A DNA stretch of 13,511 nt from Takakia lepidozioides (lineage: Eukaryota; Plantae; Bryophyta), in NCBI GenBank assembly GCA_030704615.1, contig JAKLZA010000231.1, positions 1 through 13,511 of the forward strand. The letters run 5' to 3'. Under the pieces are notes generated by a model, which was not told the origin of the DNA, did no database searches, and was given only the letters and a program-made list of their open reading frames with translations. The position numbers and the translations under genes were made by a program. Of the stretch, positions 9,456 through 13,511 are shown one piece after another; the stretch's first letter is position 1; each line of letters begins with the position of its first letter.

Positions 9456-11046
9456 CGAATGCGGCGCCGCATTTCCGTAAGTACGATCACTCTGCTACAC
9501 ATCCGTACTTGTTGGAAGAAAATGCGGCACCGCATTTCCGTTCCACCTTCACATACCTTAGTTGTTGAACGGAAATACGGTGCCGCATTTCCGTCCCACA
9601 GCTCCAAGTATGAGATTCAGAAGGAAATGCGGCGCCGCATTTCCGTTCCCACTTCACATACATTAGTTGATGAATGGAAATGCCGTGCCACATTTCCGTT
9701 CGGGAAAGTATAGAGGTCTCACCTGACAGAAATGCGGTGTCGCATTTCCGGTCTGGAAAGGTTGAAGGTCTCACATGGATGGAATGCGGCAACACATTCC
9801 GTAGCACAGCTCCAGGGCCGAATATACAAAACGGAAATGCGGCGCCGCATTTCCGTTCGAGAATGTCGGAAGGTGCGACTCGAACGGAAATGCGGTGCCG
9901 CATTTCTGTACCCGTTGCGCACGATTTTCAGTCAGAATGGAAATGCGGTACCGCATTTCCGTTCTGTAGAGTATTAACGTCTGACGCTGGCGGAAATGCC
10001 TTCCCGCATTTTCGTTCCACAGCTCCATGCCTCACATACAAAACGGAAATGCGGTGCCGCATTTCCCTTTTAAATCTAATACATTCCGTTCTGGAATGTT
10101 GGAGGTGCGACTCGGATGGAAATGCGCTGCCGCATTTCAGTTCCGATGGTTTCACGATTTTCAGTCAGAACGGAAATGCGGTGCCGCATTTCCGTTTTGG
10201 CCTATATGATGGAGGTGCGACTCGGATGGAAATGCGTTGCCGCATTTCAGTTCCGATGGTTCACGATTTTCAGTCAGAACGGAATGCGGGTGCCGCATTT
10301 CCGTTCTGGAATGATGGTAGGTGCGACTCGGATGGAAATACGGTGCCGCATTTCAGTTCAGATAGTTCACGATTTTCAGTCAGAACGGAAATGCGGTGGT
10401 GCCGCATTTCCGTTCTGGATAGTGGAATGTCTCAACGGTCGGAATTGCGCTGTATGAAGCTGTCGGAATCTTACTCGGCTCCAGGCATCAGATACAAAAT
10501 GGAAATGCGGGCGCGCATTTCTTTATGGAATGTCGAAAAGTGCGACTTTGACGAAATGCGGTGCCGCATTTCTGTTCCCGTTGTTCATAATTCTCAATCA
10601 GAACGGAAATGCGGTACCGCATTTCCGTCCACCTTCACATACCGTGCTTGTTGAATGAAAATGCGGTACCGCATTTCCGTTCTCGAGAGTATGAATGTCT
10701 TTTAAGGACGGAAATGTGCTGCAGCATTTCTATCCTCAGCTCATGCATCAGATACAAAATGGAAATGCGGCACCGCATTCCCGTTCTGGAATGTCGAAAA
10801 GTGCGACTCGGACGGAAATGCGGTGCCGCATTTCTGTTCCCGTTGTTCATAATCTCAATCAGAACGGAAATGCGGTACCGCATTTCCGTTCCACCTTCAC
10901 ATACCGTGCTTGCTGGATGGAATGCGTTACCGCATTTCCGTTCTGGAGAGTATAAAGGTTTCCCCCGGACGGAAACTCGTGTGCCGCATTTCCGTCGCTC
11001 TGTTGCATGACCAAGATGCAATACGGAAATGCGGCGCCGTATTTCC
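9456..11046. repeat. Array B: about 30 copies (some degenerate) of palindrome GGAAATGCGGYRCCGCATTTCC at a 52-53 bp period, with about five recurring spacer types
   Basis: Position of the T in AAT of each copy: 9460, 9523, 9576, 9628, 9681, 9733, 9785, 9838, 9891, 9944, 9997, 10050, 10123, 10177, 10233, 10285, 10339, 10392, 10446, 10506, 10557, 10610, 10662, 10715, 10766, 10819, 10871, 10923, 10976, 11030. Confidence 0.95.
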
Positions 11047-11307
11047 GTCCACCAGCAATCGACAGAATCACTCGTGACGGGAAATCTGGAACCTCAATGG
11101 GGTTGCATTGTTCCGAAACAACACAATTGCGGCCAGTCTTGATGAGCACAACTTGGTTGTCTGACCGTTTTAACCAGTAGTCCTGGCACTTGTCAGCGCG
11201 AACGTTCCTGTCTGCACCAAGAATACTGCTGGTTCCACCCTCAGGAGAAACTGTCAGGAGATGTTATTTCGTCGCCGAATCGGCCATCATTGTCCTACTC
11301 ACTGGCT

Positions 11308-13511
11308 ATGGAATCAAACCTCCCACCTCATGCATGTAGCTTGAAAAATACTTTCCACTTCAATGTGCGCCTTCCAAATCGTCGATGGACTCGCAGATCC
11401 ACTTAGATGGTGCCTGTGAGCCTTGGTCTGTCGCTATACTGAACCTCGCACTTGCCAACTCCGTGCGGTGTTCGATGGCTCCGAATTCCTACGCTATAGT
11501 TTGCTGTCCTCCGCAACTTGGGGAGAGCCTGGATCCCAACGAGGGAGGACTTTGCAGAGTGACTGAAACTTACCTTTGTTCCAAATTCAAGCTCAAACGG
11601 GCACAGTTTATTTGGAAGAAGAAAGGAAGGATGTTCCTGGACAGGTTGACGAGACCATTGTCGTGCTAGGTAACGACGGAGGTTGCGGAATCGAATGGCA
11701 CGTTTCCCCCGTCAGACACCATCCTGTACCGAGTGGGGAATGCCCATTCCCTTTCCGAATCAGTCGCTGCCCACACCATCCACAAAGGAGTCCGGAAACC
11801 GAGAGGCGGCCACTGCCAACAGAGAGGTATGCAACGATAATCATTCCCGACCTGGACCGTCAAGACCCTCCATAGCTTCTCGTGTGGACGTATTCGACAT
11901 TTCCGACGGGAAGATGATTGCATTGAGGTGGACCAGGTCCTCCACACGGTCGTTCAAATCCGCATGGACGTCTCTGTAGGTGCTACGCATGTGCCCTCGA
12001 GCATAACTCCAACCCGGTCCATTGTGCAGCTCCTACGACAACATCACTCGATGGTTCTCGCTCCGAGCTGGCTGCTCTCGACTATGCCAAATTCCCAGTC
12101 AGAAAGGTAATTTTCTGCCTCCCGAAGTCGATGGCAATGTCATCTTCGAGTTTCCACCTGTTTCTTCGTCAAAGAAAGCCTCGGGGATGTTAACAGACAT
12201 GGATCGAAAGCATGACGGACACCCCTGGTGTGTGACGAAGACCAGTAGCACGAAAATTGCTGATGGTGTTCGTGTACGATATGTCCTCTGTGCGGGGAAG
12301 CTGAGTCCTCCTAATCCCACCTGCTCCACTTTCTCTCCAAAGGAGGGCGGAGGAAACGAGACGGGATGGACTGGAACAACGCATCATCCATTCATTGTCT
12401 CCAGCCAAGCTCCTGCGGGTTCTTTCAAGTGTGCACATTGCAAAGAACCACCGACGTGCATGTCCATGTGCAGAGCCAAGCATATTACGTAATCCATTTG
12501 CTCCCGGACTTGACTAGAGCTTGCATACACGTTGGGGTCCACTGCCACCCTTGGCGAGAGGCAACATGCGTGAGGCTGTGCAGGAAGCACAGGACATCAT
12601 AAAAGAGGAGGTGAATTGAGCCCCGGAGCCAGAACAAAGCAGATTCAGCTGAAGGCAGCCCACAAGATTGCTCTTGGCAAAATCATGTCTGAAGATGGTT
12701 CCGCCCGAGAGCCCTTGACGAAGACGAGATGCGTGACCTCTTGGAGTCCGTCTCGCACGTTTGTAGTCCGAATGTGCGGAATCACATCGTATCTTGCAAG
12801 CAGGAGTTCGGCAGGGGGGTCGGAATGTACTCAATCCTGGAGGTGAAACGAATATGACTGGATATGACACATCCAAGGTAGCAGGTTTCCAGGGCCAAGG
12901 CAGCGAATCCGATCGTTGTTACATTTTCAAATGTCGACGTGTGGGCCTGGGAGTGGAGTCGACTTGGTCACTCGCATGACAACTGGAAACTTGTCGAATG
13001 CTTGGGTGATGTTTGATCACATCAAGCCGAATTACAACCATCAGTGGGTGACTATGGGTGCGCATGTTATGACTATCACTCCAAGAGGCTCATGAGATTG
13101 CAATCTTGCGAGATGAAAAGGGGAGGACACACAGTCCGAGATGCATTGGTGGAGGGCATTAAACGAGAGATGGCAAGGGCGGGATTGCCAGAGCCCAATT
13201 TCAGGGATTCATGGCAGACAACGCTCAGGCCAAATGGGCAGCGGTGCGGCGTGTGTACGGTGAGGACCCCAATGTTCCAATGGAGGGGAAAGAGAGATCC
13301 TGTGGATTCCATTGGATGCAGAGTCATCCCACTACACTACCAAATTGTTGCTAGCTCATTCCAGGCTGAACCACCGTGTCCTTTGTACGGCGTGGAAGGA
13401 TGCACCACATTTGATGACGCGGAGGTTAAGTTTGCTATCATCGAGGCTTGGTGGAACACGTCAGTGCAGTGGAGACAACCAATCTGGGAGCATTGCACAC
13501 TGGTTGGGGTG
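11308..13511 (+). pseudogene. Mutator-like DDE transposase with N-terminal GCM-like (WRKY-GCM1 superfamily) zinc domain; multiple frameshifts; runs off the window
   Basis: Joining frames gives FLPPEVDGNVIFEFPPV...MDRKHDGHPWCVTKT...CAGKL..PNPTC...CAHCKEPPTC...RACIHVGVHCHP (~12110-12550), WVMFDHIK (D at 13015-13017), FMADNAQAKWAAVRRVYG (D at 13217-13219) and ERSCGFHWMQS (CxxH at 13301-13312). This is the D..D..CxxH layout of Mutator/IS256-type transposases. The start coordinate is approximate. Confidence 0.8.

Larger units (their letters stand above)
1298..13511 (+). mobile_element. Large Mutator-like (MULE) DNA transposon with cargo genes; left end near 1298, right end outside the window
   Basis: MULE-type transposase remnant at the right end. 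An abrupt junction at 1297/1298 truncates a gag-like ORF and begins GGGGGCTGCTATTT followed by (CATGAGC)n. One palindrome family occurs from 2573 to 11046. The second terminus and TSD are not visible, so the boundary is inferred. Confidence 0.6.

Noticed and set aside
9456-11046. CRISPR array
   Set aside because: Spacers recur as higher-order repeats, the repeats are degenerate and also dispersed into introns, there are no cas genes, and the context is spliceosomal and eukaryotic.
9398-11149. ORFs such as 9674..10654 (326 aa) with repeated EMRCRIS / GNAVPHF / KCGAAFP
   Set aside because: These are translations of the stop-free palindrome, which gives the same peptides in all frames on both strands.

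Overview
This is eukaryotic, repeat-rich DNA, probably from a non-seed plant (inference). Most of the window (~1298 to beyond 13511) looks like the left part of a large Mutator-like (MULE) DNA transposon inserted into retrotransposon debris (candidate LTR plus a gag CCHC zinc-knuckle remnant at 1-1297). The element carries four things. (i) A frameshifted + strand transposase with a GCM-like zinc domain and a DDE/CxxH core (~11308-13511). (ii) A divergently oriented spliced gene on the minus strand (~8801-3887, at least 9 exons with phase-consistent GT-AG introns, ~1200-1400 aa) that fuses a ParB/Srx-type domain (VWDGNHRLLA) to a beta-order N6-adenine/N4-cytosine DNA methyltransferase fold (DIPD ... 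VLDLICGTG). (iii) A small unknown cargo ORF. (iv) About 45 copies of a 22-bp palindrome, GGAAATGCGGYRCCGCATTTCC, in two arrays flanking the fusion gene and singly in three of its introns, spaced mostly at whole numbers of helical turns. The candidate new system is a transposon-borne ParB-methyltransferase with helically phased palindromic binding arrays. Most short ORFs in the supplied track are artefacts of the repeats or antisense shadows. Domain calls come from motif recognition, not database searches.
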